A stretch of DNA of 64,000 nt from Chrysomallon squamiferum (lineage: Eukaryota; Animalia; Mollusca): NCBI GenBank assembly GCA_012295275.1, contig CM022676.1, forward strand, positions 12,214,001 to 12,278,000. The letters run 5' to 3'. Shown one piece after another: positions 34,814 through 57,066 of this stretch. The notes beneath the pieces are model-generated. The model worked only from the letters and a program-made list of their open reading frames with translations, was not told where the DNA came from and ran no database searches. How positions within the stretch are numbered: the stretch's first letter is position 1; each line of letters opens with the position of its first letter. Both the position numbers and the translations under genes were made by a program.

Positions 34814-37198
34814 ATGGATTCGCTATTTGGGAAGGATATTCTTCTGTTAATTCTGCTTGCTTTTCTCTTCAGCCATATTTGTTTAGGTCAGTAAATTCAC
34901 GTTTTTCAGTCTGTAGTTTCAACATTGTTCAGAAATGGCTTACCATTCTACATCTTGTTGATTCCATATTTATTAATTTTTCTTCCTCGTCATTTTGTTA
35001 GGCTATTTAAGTAACTATTATTTTATAAGATTGTATATATATCTTTAAATTTTATATTTTTATTCAATTATAAACGGAAGAATTGTAAATAAAAACATCA
35101 ACCCAAATTACTATATTTTTTACTGTTGCTGTTATTAATCGTTATTTTTACATAATTTTGATAGTTATCGACCTACTTTCTTTAACCTTCCTACTCTTAT
35201 GTATTTTTTAAAATTAAATTTAAATGGCCACTTCTGATTATTTAGCAGCCGTTAACCTGGTCCTTTCCGGTTCGTCTGTCCATGCAGTACGTCACAGGGT
35301 ATTTGTTTTCACCTGTACGGTCAACGGCTCGGCTAACCTTAAGGACAAGATAGGTCTTTACATGGGCGACTATCGACTCAGTTTATTTATGCAGCGTCAA
35401 GGCAACTGCGTCGTATCTAAGCACATCTCATCAAATTTCAACGCTGCCTGCGGTGACGGGACCAACAGCAGAGACGCCGACGTTAGAAGCTACTATCTTA
35501 CTGTTAATAATTACAGTGAATACGGGGACGTCGACTACGTGTGTAAAACAAAATTAAGTAATGATAAAAGTAACACACTTACCGTGAAAACTAGTCGTAA
35601 GTGACATTACTACAAATACTACTAAATTAATCATTATTATTGTTGTTGTTGTTGTTACTGTCATTATTAGTGTTATTGGTATTACCATTATAATTATTAC
35701 TGTCATTATTTTTGCCATTAGACATAATCATTATTATTATTTTATTTATTTATTTTTGAAATCATTTTGACATTGGTTAGGGTTGGGGTATATTATCTTC
35801 TTACACTTCATTCATTTTGCTTTCAATGTTGTTTTTTTGATATGTATTTGTTTTTTCAGTAGCTGTTATAGAAATACACGGTCTGTCGAGTCATGCATCA
35901 CTGGACGAGATGTATGTATTTACCTGTATTGTTAGAAATGCTGTCGACCTTCAGGAGGTAATCAGCATTTACAGAGAATCTCCTGTTCCAACCAGAATTG
36001 TTTCACTTGAGCAGAATATGACGGACTGCAAGGACAAAGACACAACTGAAGGATACACGATGTACTGTCTGAGTGAGACAAAACAGTCAACATCGGCTAC
36101 AAAGTCGTACATTGTTATCATCAACCAACTCGCAGTGGAAGATTTTTCAAACTGGACTTGTCATTTAGAGCTGACTGATGTGACTAGTGAATCTCTTCTA
36201 CTCAACAGACGTAAGTATTTATCACATAAATCAATCAATAAAAAAGTAAATAAATAAATAAGTAAATTAAATAAAATAAAATAAATAAACAAATAAGTCA
36301 AAAAATCATTGTTACTGTTATTATTATACATTTTTTTTTTATTGTTTTAATTTCATGCTTATTGAGGAATACATTAAAATATCTTCTTCACTCTTATAGG
36401 AAATAAAACTTTACTAATTACATAGAGAAAAACAATTAAACTGTCACCAGTTTTTCACATTTTATTTCCTGAAGGTTATACAGTAGCTGGATCATCAAAA
36501 ATGTCTTTGTCTTGGATTTTGTTATTAAGTAAGATATTTTATCAAACATTTTTACATATCATTTACTATTAAATTACTTTATATATACATATGTATCATT
36601 TACTATTAAATTACTTTATCTACACATACATATCATTTACTATTAAATTACTTTATCTACACATACATATCATTTACTATTAAATTACTTTATATACACA
36701 TACATATCATTTACTATTAAATTACTTTATATACACATATGTATCATTTACTATTAAATTACTTTATCTACACATACATATCATTTACTATTAAATTACT
36801 TTATCTACACATACATATCATTTACTATTAAATTACTTTATATACACATACATATCATTTACTATTAAATTACTTCATATATACTTACATATAAATTACT
36901 TTATATATACTTACACATCAAACTAAATCATTTACTTTTGTTTTTGTTCATTGTTCTCTCGTTATTATTTTCTGTATATCTACATAATGATGATGATATT
37001 AATTTCTTATTGTTGGATTTAAATCAAACAGTAATTAGCTGCATTAATTTTGAATTTCATTTTCCCACTTACTATACTGTCCTCCAAAACTATTTGTGTT
37101 ATTGTTGTTGTTATTTTATTACCCGGTTTTATTAAATAATTTTTATTGTTGCAAATGTTCTGTTGCCAGTCATATTTGTCTTATCTTTCCAGATTTAA
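34814..37198 (+). CDS. Type-A two-Ig-like-domain protein with hydrophobic tail (gene A3)
   Basis: Exons 34814-34886 (MDSLFGKDILLLILLAFLFSHICL), 35249-35596 (FVFTC..NC..ACGDGT..SYYLTV..DYVC), 35860/35863-36210 (YVFTC..DC..YC..SYIVII..DFSNWTC), 36475-36528 (YTVAGSSKMSLSWILLL), last exon probably 37170-37198 (IIFVLSFQI*; alternative acceptor at 37193). Confidence 0.82.
36555..36910. repeat. 37-bp intronic minisatellite, about 9 copies
   Basis: Unit atatcatttactattaaattactttat(c/a)tacacatac repeats every 37 bp. Confidence 0.9.
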
Positions 37199-37807
37199 TG
37201 CTGTCGTCAACAACGTTTCTTGAATACTCACAGTGAAGACTGTTATTACAGCTACAACTACTACAACATTCCAATGTCTATTACAATATGGCTGCTCTTC
37301 CGAAATAATAATAATAATAATAGTAATAGTTGTAGTAGTAGTGGTGGTAATATGATAAAAGTTGTAGTAGTTGTAGTAATAGTAGTAATACTACTACTAC
37401 TACTACTAATAGTTTATAGTAGTAATCATAGTAATAATAATGCCAGTAGAGGGGCAAAAAAAATCAAATTGGCTTCAAAACCCTATGAATAAAACAAGTA
37501 GAAGAAAAATTTAATAGTTTTTATTGAAAACATTTTCACCTGAATGCTTTCTTTGGAGCAGCTTATAATTTGTAAAGAATTTTCTTCCAGAAATCTTAGA
37601 AATGTCTTTGAAATAACAAAATTTTAATAATCCACACGTAGCCAGCCAGTTCAAAGTTTGGTTAATTTTACTAAGTAATTACAGTTGTTGTTAATGTCAG
37701 CATGATTTTCAAAACTGAGATTTTCTGTTGTTTTGTAAGTAGTAGAGATGTACACATCTACTTGACTGTTTTTGTAATAAATATCTCTCACACGAGTAAC
37801 ACAAAAC

Positions 37808-47534
<9,727 letters not shown>

Positions 47535-47728
47535 TTTACTTCTTTCGTATTATTTCCCTCTCCAAGTTTGCTTCCATTTCGTCTCTGGTGATTTCCTCCT
47601 CATATGTGCGCCTGTCAAAGAAAAGTATAATGTTAGGTCATGCAGCATTTATTATGCTTTGTTGAGCTGTTCGTATTGAACTTCAGTTAAATGATAACAT
47701 CAAACACACATCATCTGAAAGTACTGAA

Positions 47729-47768
<40 letters not shown>

Positions 47769-47770
47769 TA

Positions 47771-47810
<40 letters not shown>

Positions 47811-48209
47811 TCTTTCCCTTTTATTTTCTCTGTTGCAACGGAAATAACTCTAAAATGATGTTTAAAAAGTACTGCTTCATTAGGTTTATTAATGGATCAA
47901 AATTTTATTGCATTTCATATACGTTTTTCGAGGTCGTAGAATGTAATGTATAACTGCACAAAAATTTGTAAATCCTAGCAACATCACCGTGCTGTTTAAA
48001 ATATTATTACTTTGGGGGAAAAACATCAAAAACTGAAAAAGACGGAATTCTCGATACGTGCTAAAACATTGTAACTTTTCTGTTATTTATTTATTTGTTT
48101 ATTTATTTATTTGACTTCGTTCTTCTGTTTTCTACTGATATAATTTAATACAAGTGCGTAGCTGCATTCCGTTTCTCAATATCTGTGTGTGTGTTTTTGT
48201 GTGTGTGTA

Positions 48210-48246
<37 letters not shown>

Positions 48247-48269
48247 ATCGTGTGTGTGTGTATGTGTGT

Positions 48270-48339
<70 letters not shown>

Positions 48340-48431
48340 AACTCTAATTAGCGAACTGATTCTTACGATCCAGAAAAAACTAACCAGCCAACTAACTAAT
48401 TAATTAACTAATTAACTAAATAACTAAATAA

Positions 48432-48491
<60 letters not shown>

Positions 48492-48510
48492 GAGAAAACA
48501 TAAATAAATA

Positions 48511-48556
<46 letters not shown>

Positions 48557-48794
48557 TCGAATCTGCCACTCGCGGTATAAATTATATAATTAAATTAATA
48601 AATTAAAATGACTGGATTTGATATGTTAGCGAGTCTAAATTATATTTCACGTCACATATTCATGCAGACATAAATCATAATAACACTATTGTACTATTTA
48701 CAATTTTATTAGTTGTATTTATGTATTTCAAAAAATAAAACAAAGAAAAGAAAATCCCATCTCTGAAAGAAAATCCACAAATTAACTGGAGATG

Positions 48795-49364
48795 GTCGAA
48801 GGGGAATAACTCTATTTTACATTTGGTAACTATCTTAAATAGAGTTATTCCTAAAAAACGCATCAACACGATGAAGCATTGTTGTTATTTATTTATTTTT
48901 ATTTATTATTTGTTTTCTTGATTTTTATGATATATATATATATATATATTTCAAAGAATTAAATTAAAATAAAACATTAACAATTCATTGTTGTGCAGAT
49001 GCATTTGAAAGAGTAATGACAAGTTAATGATGTAAGGGGAATAACTCTATTTAAGATAAAACAGAAGAAGTAATCCACAGTTATTCCTCTTAGACCGTTA
49101 ACGTGTTCTTTAAACCCCATCTACACAATAACGCTATTATTTATTTATTTAATAATTTAATAAAAAAAAAAAAAAAAAAAAAATAAAACAAAGCACAATA
49201 AAACAACAACAAAATATTGTTCTGTACGTCCGTTTTATACAGTGATAACGAGTTAACGGTCAAAGGGGAATAACTCTATTTAAGTTCACACATAAGAAGT
49301 AAACCACAGTTATTCCTCTTAGACAGTTAATTTGTACTTTAAACCGCATCTACACAATAAAGTT

Positions 49365-49397
<33 letters not shown>

Positions 49398-50290
49398 TAA
49401 AAAAGAAACAAAAGTAAAATAAAATAAATCGAAACAGAATAAAACAGTAACAAAATATTGTTCTGTAGATCCATTTAATGGAGTAAAAACGACTTAACGG
49501 TCTAAGGGGAACAACTCTATTTAAGATCACGCATAAGAAGTAAAACACAGTTATTCCTCTTAGACCGTTAACTTGTACTTTAAACCGCATCTACACAATA
49601 AAGCTATTATTAATTAATTAATTTATTTATTTTATAAAAAAATAAATAAATAAAATAAAATAAAACGAAAGAAAATAAAACAGTAACAAGATACTGTTCT
49701 GTAGGTCCATTTAATACAGTTATAATCAGTTAACGGTCTAAGGGGAATAACTCTGTTTAACAATTGTATATAATAATTAAACCACAGTTATTCCTCTTAG
49801 ACCGTTAACTTGTACTTTAAACTGTATCTGCAGAATAATGCCTTGTTCCTATAATTTATTTATTTATTTATTTGTTTATTCATTTATTTATATATTTTAT
49901 AAGAAATAGAAACAAAAATAAAATAAAATAAAACGAAACCGAATAAATCAGTAACAAGATATTGTTCAACAGATCCGTTTAATACAGTCATAACAATTTA
50001 ATGTCTAAAGGGAATAACTCTATTTAAGATAATGCGCAAGAACTAAAACAGAATTTTTTCCTCTTAGACGCATCTACGCAATAATGCTTTATTTTTGTAA
50101 TTTCTTTATTTATTTGTTCATTTTATAGAAACGAATAATGGAGTTATGATAAGTTAATGGTCTAAGCGGAATAACTCTATTTAAGATACTACTTAAGAAC
50201 TAAAACACGTTATTCCTCTTAGACCGTTAACTTGTGTTTGTAAATAAAATTAAAAAAAAAAAAAAAACTATTTAAGGGAAATAACTCTAA
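48795..50290. repeat. Tandem array of about 240-bp units, each with an internal inverted repeat (MITE-like satellite)
   Basis: gttaacggtctaaggggaataactct...agttattcctcttagaccgttaac recurs near 48800, 49034, 49262, 49503, 49740, 50008 and 50163, with a partial copy near 50274. Confidence 0.8.
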
Positions 50291-50784
50291 GATTAAAACT
50301 TTACGTCATGGAGCATACGCCTTCTACCTAATTTTTTTTTTAAAGAGAAGTATATATATCTTTTTTTTCAATAATTTACGAAGAAAGAAAGAAAAATATA
50401 CGGGTATAAATCGTAATTTTAATCTCACCCTTTGTTAGCAAGAGTTTTATTCCATAATTTGTTGTAATGTTTGTAATCAAAACAAAACTTGTTGACGGAG
50501 GCAATCTCTTTTCATTTTTAACTTTTAATGTAACATTTTGATTAGTGTTAGTTTTCTTTATATAAAATAAATAAATAACTTTTCCAAAACTAGATAGGCA
50601 CTGTCCATTAGATTTCATTTTACTTGTTTCGAAATGTTTCTGAGTCTATAAATCTGTTTGGTCTCTATCTCTAAACACAATAATGGTATTGAATGAATTT
50701 TATTATTTAAATGTTTAAAAATCTATTTCAGATTGTATTTGTTTAAAATTTGTTTTTCAGATTAGGTATTTTTTCTTGGCTCAG

Positions 50785-51601
50785 ATGTATCAAATTGCTA
50801 TGGATTTACAACTGAAATGTTTCTTCATCCTTGCTATAGTAATCATATTACTGACCAAGACTGAAGGTAAGATATGAATAATACTACTACTACTACTAAT
50901 ATTAATAATAATGTTCTTAAGCAGGGTAAATTGTACAAATAATAACAATTTTATAAACTGTACATATATTGTGAACAATATACATTATACATGAATTTTA
51001 TTAATTATACAATTATTGTTTAACATGAATTTCATAAACTGTACAAATAATGTGAACACTATAATTATACATAAATTTTATAAACTCTACAGATAATCTG
51101 TAAAATATAATTTATACACATATTTGATTAAAAGTACATATAACGTGAACAGTATAAATTATACATGAATTTATATTAATTGTACAAATAGTGTGAACAG
51201 TATAAACTATATATGGATTCCAGTGCTAACAGAAAATGTTTCATGATGTATAAAAGAATTCAGTTTGTTTTTAAACAGGTCAGACAGCATTCTTGATGAT
51301 TACGGGCCCAGCTACAGTACCTCACCTGTGAACTTCACCTGTGGGCATGTCGGTGGTCAACTAGAAGACCATGTTGTTATAAATCGTCCTGATAGACACA
51401 CAGTTATCGAATGTGACAATTCATCTGATTTCACCAAGTGTATAATTTTGATTTCTGGCTATTTACCTGTTGCATCGACTCCTAGCACATACACAATTAG
51501 TATCAACAGATTCAGAAAGGAGACTGACAGTGGGATGTGGGAATGTGGAGACATGGATCCTAGGTCAGTTCGAGGCACAGTATATGTAGAGGGAAAATTA
51601 G
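50785..51601 (+). CDS. Type-C single Ig-like-domain gene (C1); possibly frameshifted, 3' exons unresolved
   Basis: Signal exon 50785-50866 (MYQIAMDLQLKCFFILAIVIILLTKTE). Ig exon 51279/51284-51601 (VNFTC..IECDNS..KC..STYTISI..DSGMWEC) is homologous to 58798-59118. Confidence 0.65.
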
Positions 51602-52292
51602 GTAACATATCTTTTGTCATTTACATAGATCACAAAAATGTGAGAAAAAAACAACTTTAAAAAACAAAATCTTTACTTCACAGAAGTAATCAAATCTATT
51701 GGACAGAGTTTTGTTTTTATATATCATTATTAGTTGTTACTCATGTGAACAGTTGCACATGCAAGAATTATTATTAGAGCATGATGTTTTTGTTCTTTTT
51801 TTTGTTCTTTTTTCAAATTTTAATAGAGACACTCCTTACTTAAGAATGGAATTTGGTTCCTATCACTAGGTCACTGAGTGAACTGCTGTGTAAGCAAGAT
51901 GTCACCCCATAGTGACATTTCAAACATACTGTTAGCCATCTTTTCAGAATTATTTTAATGTGACTGGTCATATCTGCACCATCGTTCAACAGATATAGGT
52001 GATCAAGTGAGGAGTGTCTGTATAAAAATAAAGAACAAATCATTTCTTGTTGACAGTATGCAAGCAGTTATCTTCCAGTGATAACAATAACAAAAATTAA
52101 AAATGTAAATATTCCACTGGAAACACATCTATTACTGTGATTACTATGTTGTCAAAATTCTGACATGCAGAGTCATTGAAAACAAATCTGTAATACAATT
52201 ATACCATAATAACTAGGTTTAAATATGATATTTTAATTTCTTATTTAATTTTATTTAATTTTTTTATTTTATTTTTTAAAATTATTTGATTA

Positions 52293-52340
<48 letters not shown>

Positions 52341-52748
52341 TTATTAAGAAATTTTATTATTTTTTTCTCTTTAAAACCATGTATTATTATCTTGTAAAAA
52401 TTTTATGTTTTCTTTTTCATTAAAATCATGTATTATCATCTTGTAAGATTTTTTTTTCCTTTAAAACCATGTATTATCATCTGTAAGAATTTTTATTTGT
52501 TTTTCTTTAAATTTTGTTTAAAAAAAAAACAAAAAAAAACATCCCAACAAAACTAACCGTGTGCCAGTGAACTGTTCTGTGCTAACAACACACTTTACCT
52601 GGTTTTTATATTTCTCCCTTTCAGTGTCATCACTCCTTGTAGAATTAGCTAATAAAAGTCTCAGTAATGAAAACACTTTTCTTCTCTGATGTAAACTCTC
52701 TTTTGATTTGTATGCTGAAACTCAGATAGTACTGGTCTTGTTGTGTGT

Positions 52749-52811
<63 letters not shown>

Positions 52812-55342
52812 TTGCACCTTTGGCAGATAACAGTAAAATATTTAAAAAATCAAGTTATATTATGATTGTTGTAATACTGAAAAATAATCTGTTAATATTT
52901 CAGATTTTTATTGTTTTAAAGTCTGAAATAGCTTTAACATTTCTGACTAATCTGAAGAATGTTCTAAATACATTAAAGTAGTATACTAATTGAACTCATT
53001 TACAAAAAAAACAAGACCCCCCCCTCAAAACTATATAAGTAATTCTCTGTCACAGAACAAGTAATTGTGTGAACATTTTTTGGTATTTTTCAGATTCCAG
53101 TTCTCCATAGTTGTTATCTGTCAGTGCTTTACAGTTTGATGTAGAAGACACAACACAGTCAATGAACAACAAAACAAAATGTTTTACTTTGGAACTCATA
53201 GTTGTTGTACAGTTATAAAATCACTGCCTAAGACTATGTTAATATTTCCAGTATTGCTGCTGGTTTCTTTTGATGTTACATCACAAACTGTTGTTGTCTG
53301 TGTTTTGTAGTAAATCTTCAGTAAACTACTTAAGTGCAATAACACAAGGAAACATGGACCATTTTACTTTTTCTTATCACAAAGAATTTTGAAGATTTAG
53401 TTTTTACAAACTACATTCTTAATAAGTATTCATCTTAAGGCCTGTATTCTGAAAGTGACGTATGGACACTAAATTAAATGAATTCTTAAATTATATTGGG
53501 TTATTATTATTGTTGTTGTTAAGACTTATATAGTCAGCCTACATTAGGATACTGTGACCGAGTTTAGTATACATTTCCTTCCTCTAAGCTGATGAAATTC
53601 TCGAGTTTTGTGAAATATTCAATTACTTTAACACAGGATGCTTCTGTCCTCATCTTTGAAATATTCTGGCCAAATAACATGCGCATGGTGACCATATTAT
53701 CTTAAGAGTGAATAAGTTCAGTAGTTTGACTGACAGTTTCCTGGTTTTGGCCTGAGAGCAGAGGAGATACTGTACTTGCAGATATTGCTGGTGAGAGTTC
53801 TAGTGAAATAGGACATGAGAATTTTAAAAAATGGTTCACTTTTTAACAGTTAAACAAATTTGAAGTGTGTACTGTTAACCCTCGATTTAAAGGACTACTA
53901 TGAAGTACCAGTCCACAAAATACAAAAGTCTGGGAAATCGCAGTGTCATCTCTAAGCCTAAAATTTTACCGAAACATTGAACAAGAACAATGTTTTGAAA
54001 TGTCGTACTAGTATATGAATAAAATATATAGACTAGCTTTGGTGAAGTTTGTTAGGTTGGGACGGCTGCAGGTGCAGTTGTAAAATTTACTCTTACCTTG
54101 ATGGAAAGTGAGTTGAGAGAGGGTTGATTTTCATAGAGGTCAGGTTGGGAAATGGTGATAATTCAAATTATGTGAAAACAAGCATCCACAGTGTTTGAAT
54201 ATTTGATTTCTATGTAACATGAAGCTGTTTTGGAATCATTCAGCCACCTACAGGTCATTTTACTTCATTTTTTGTTATCAAGTCTGTAGAGACATCTCTT
54301 GATGTCTTTTGAGTCTGATATATATATATATATCATTAAAGATGAATTTAATGATATTCAGTGGTAACTGTAATGAAACTAAGTTTGCACATGCTGGTTT
54401 TGGTTACAGTTACCTCATATTCATTGTACAGCTATTTTGATATTTTGTTCAAATAATGACATGCCAGTTTATGAATATCAAAATTGTTTTATTTTCAAAA
54501 ATTAAATTCAACCATCTCACTGTTAACCATGCTTTTGTTATTATTAGAAAATGTATCAGTATTTATGTCTATATAGATGTAGATATAGGTATACATACAT
54601 ACCTACCTACATACATACATACATACATACATACACTCATACACACACACACACACACACACATATATAGATAGAGATATAGATATAACATTCTCTTCTT
54701 TCTTTTTGCTTATGCTTAGATTAATATTGACTTGTGTCATTTCAATTTCAATTTAGTTTAGTTTAATTTTATTTTTTAATGTTACCGATATTATTCTTAT
54801 TATTCTTCTTCTTATTATCATTACTATCATCTAACTTTATAGTCCCATTACTGTTTAAACTTAATTATTTTTGTCATGATTGTATGTCAGTTTTGTTAAA
54901 TGTTATGTACTTCTTTGTTATTCATATTAAAAGTTTTCATTTTTACCATCCCTGTTTTCTGTTATTTGTCTTTACTAAGAAAAGTAAGACTATTTAATAA
55001 ATAAATAAATAGCACAGTAAGAATATGTTGAAATTAGGGAATATGCATCCAAGTATTAATGAGGCAGTAGAAAGAAAGGGGAATTCTCACATGACTGTGA
55101 GGGGTACCATAAATGAAGATTCCAATTTACTTCCACAGTTGACTTCTGCTGAAAAAGATGTTTCATACATTTATTTTAATTTTAAATGTTTCTTTAGTTA
55201 CTAATTTTTATTTTGTTTAACTATTGAGTCTAAGTATGTTTTGTCATTTGTCTCTTGTAAACTGTTTCATTATTTTCACTGCCATCCACAAAGATCCACC
55301 GAATTTACCGTTCTAACATGTGCAGTAAATTCTAGGCACAGT

Positions 55343-55545
55343 TAGATTGTTTGGCACCAAGGAAAATATCAATTTCAAAATTTATAAGTAAAAAAAAAAA
55401 AAAAACCCACACTACTTGATACTATTTTATTTGCAAATTTAAGATTGTTTGGCACCAAGGAAAATATCAATTTCAAAATTTATAAGAAAAAAAACAAAAA
55501 AAACAACAACACTACTTGATACTATTTTATTTGCAAATTTAAGAC
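55343..55545. repeat. About 100-bp tandem duplication
   Basis: agattgtttggcaccaaggaaaatatcaatttcaaaatttataag...ctacttgatactattttatttgcaaatttaaga occurs twice. Confidence 0.85.
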
Positions 55546-55629
55546 AAGAATAAACAAACATAAAGATAGACCCTCAATAAAATTATTTATTTTTCAAAAC
55601 TGTTGTTCATTAGGAGAGTTACGCCCCTT

Positions 55630-55683
55630 GAAATCAGCGCCCTGGTCGGCTGCTGGTTTGCCTATATAGCAGCGCCGGCCCTG
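55630..55683 (-). mobile_element. Probable DNA-transposon (hAT-Tip100/MER45-like) terminal fragment
   Basis: The minus strand reads cagggccggcgctgctatataggcaaaccagcagccgaccagggcgc, resembling CAGGGCCGG-type termini. No partner end was identified. Confidence 0.3.
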
Positions 55684-56063
55684 CCCATTGTCCGAACGGA
55701 CCAGCAGACCGTACCCCGCCGTCTAGCGGGGCAGGGTGTGTAACCAAGGCAACCCGACGTTGGATTCATTCTGACTCGTCGTATCGACAGAAGCGAACTG
55801 GATACAAATTCGATTCGCGTTTGGCATTAGATAACCCAGACACATTTCCAGAAACTCTGTTTGGTTAACCACGCGCTTAGTGCTGATTAGTGCAACTGAA
55901 GGATGTCACCAACTTCGTTAACTTTGTCATTTCTTTGAACAGTAGTGTCTTTTCAGTAATACGGTCACTAAATACGTAAATGAAATTTTGCCTGTTCTTT
56001 TACTGATTTAATGATACTTCATTTAACATATATATTTAGGCTTTTTGCCTTTCGATCCATCTA

Positions 56064-56113
<50 letters not shown>

Positions 56114-56591
56114 GAGTATTATATCGAGGTGAAAACGATATTTCTGGAGATGATTAAAAATATAGAAATTTATTTTGTCACGATATCCTGTCACTATCTG
56201 TCTATATCTATATGCTTGTATATTTCTGTCTATGCTTGTTTATTATAGATATCCAGTGATTTCTGTTATTATATCTACTTGAGTGGTTCAAGTCATTCTC
56301 ACACACACACACACACACACACACTGAATAATTAAAAAGCAAATATCTGTGAATTAAAAATTAAATGCTGAAATTCTAAGTATGATATTTCTAAAGAGGA
56401 AAATACTAAAAATTAAAAATTAAAAATAAACTAATTAAAAGAAAATGTAATTCAAAGACGCGATGTAAATTTATAAACAACACGTATATCTAAATGAAAA
56501 AATTAATATCTGTAACCGATAAAATTAGAGCTAATAAATTATTTGATAATTTATAAGAATTAAAAAGTATAAGGAACAACAAGAACAACAC

Positions 56592-56652
<61 letters not shown>

Positions 56653-56898
56653 AATAATAATAATGTCAGTTATTCAAGATGACGTGGTATGATGCCGGTC
56701 AGTGATTACAAATATTTAAACATATATTTTTCATAATGCAATCAATTCTCATGGATTACTACACGTAGTTTGTTCAAATATATCATATAAGCAATGCCTT
56801 GTAAAAACAGGCGTCAGGTTATTGAGTACAAATTGTTGCAAAGGTTGAAATCGTTTTTTTTTTTTTTTTTTTTTTTTTTTATTTTATTTTCGTAGCTT

Positions 56899-56906
56899 TG
56901 ACGTCA
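56899..56906. promoter_or_regulatory. CRE palindrome TGACGTCA upstream of gene C2
   Basis: About 160 bp upstream of the ATG at 57067. Confidence 0.35.
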
Positions 56907-57066
56907 TATCACATCATTTCGTACCCATTTCGTACTGTAATATTATTCATGCACCATTGGTCCATTTAAAAAAAGAAAAAGGAAAAATGTTTCTTAATTT
57001 GAAATTAATTTTATAAATTTCTGTTTTTCTCTTGCAGAAGTGATATTTATTGCCTAACAGAATTAA

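Larger units (their letters stand above)
18260..35600. repeat. Large inverted segmental duplication (arms about 18260-25400 and 27720-35600, spacer about 2.3 kb)
   Basis: Mirror matches: 18265/35596, 19480/34495, 20140/33630, 21061/32757, 23125-24160/29363-28330 (near-identical), 24497/28025, 25250-25340/27835-27735. Confidence 0.88.

Noticed and set aside
51817-52690. Candidate terminal exons for C1 (51827 ETLLT*, or 52625 onward)
   Set aside because: No homology to the tail exons of paralogs; they cannot be chosen without transcripts.
53550-54200. Possible retroelement fragment
   Set aside because: Only vague motif resemblance, with no ORF or termini.
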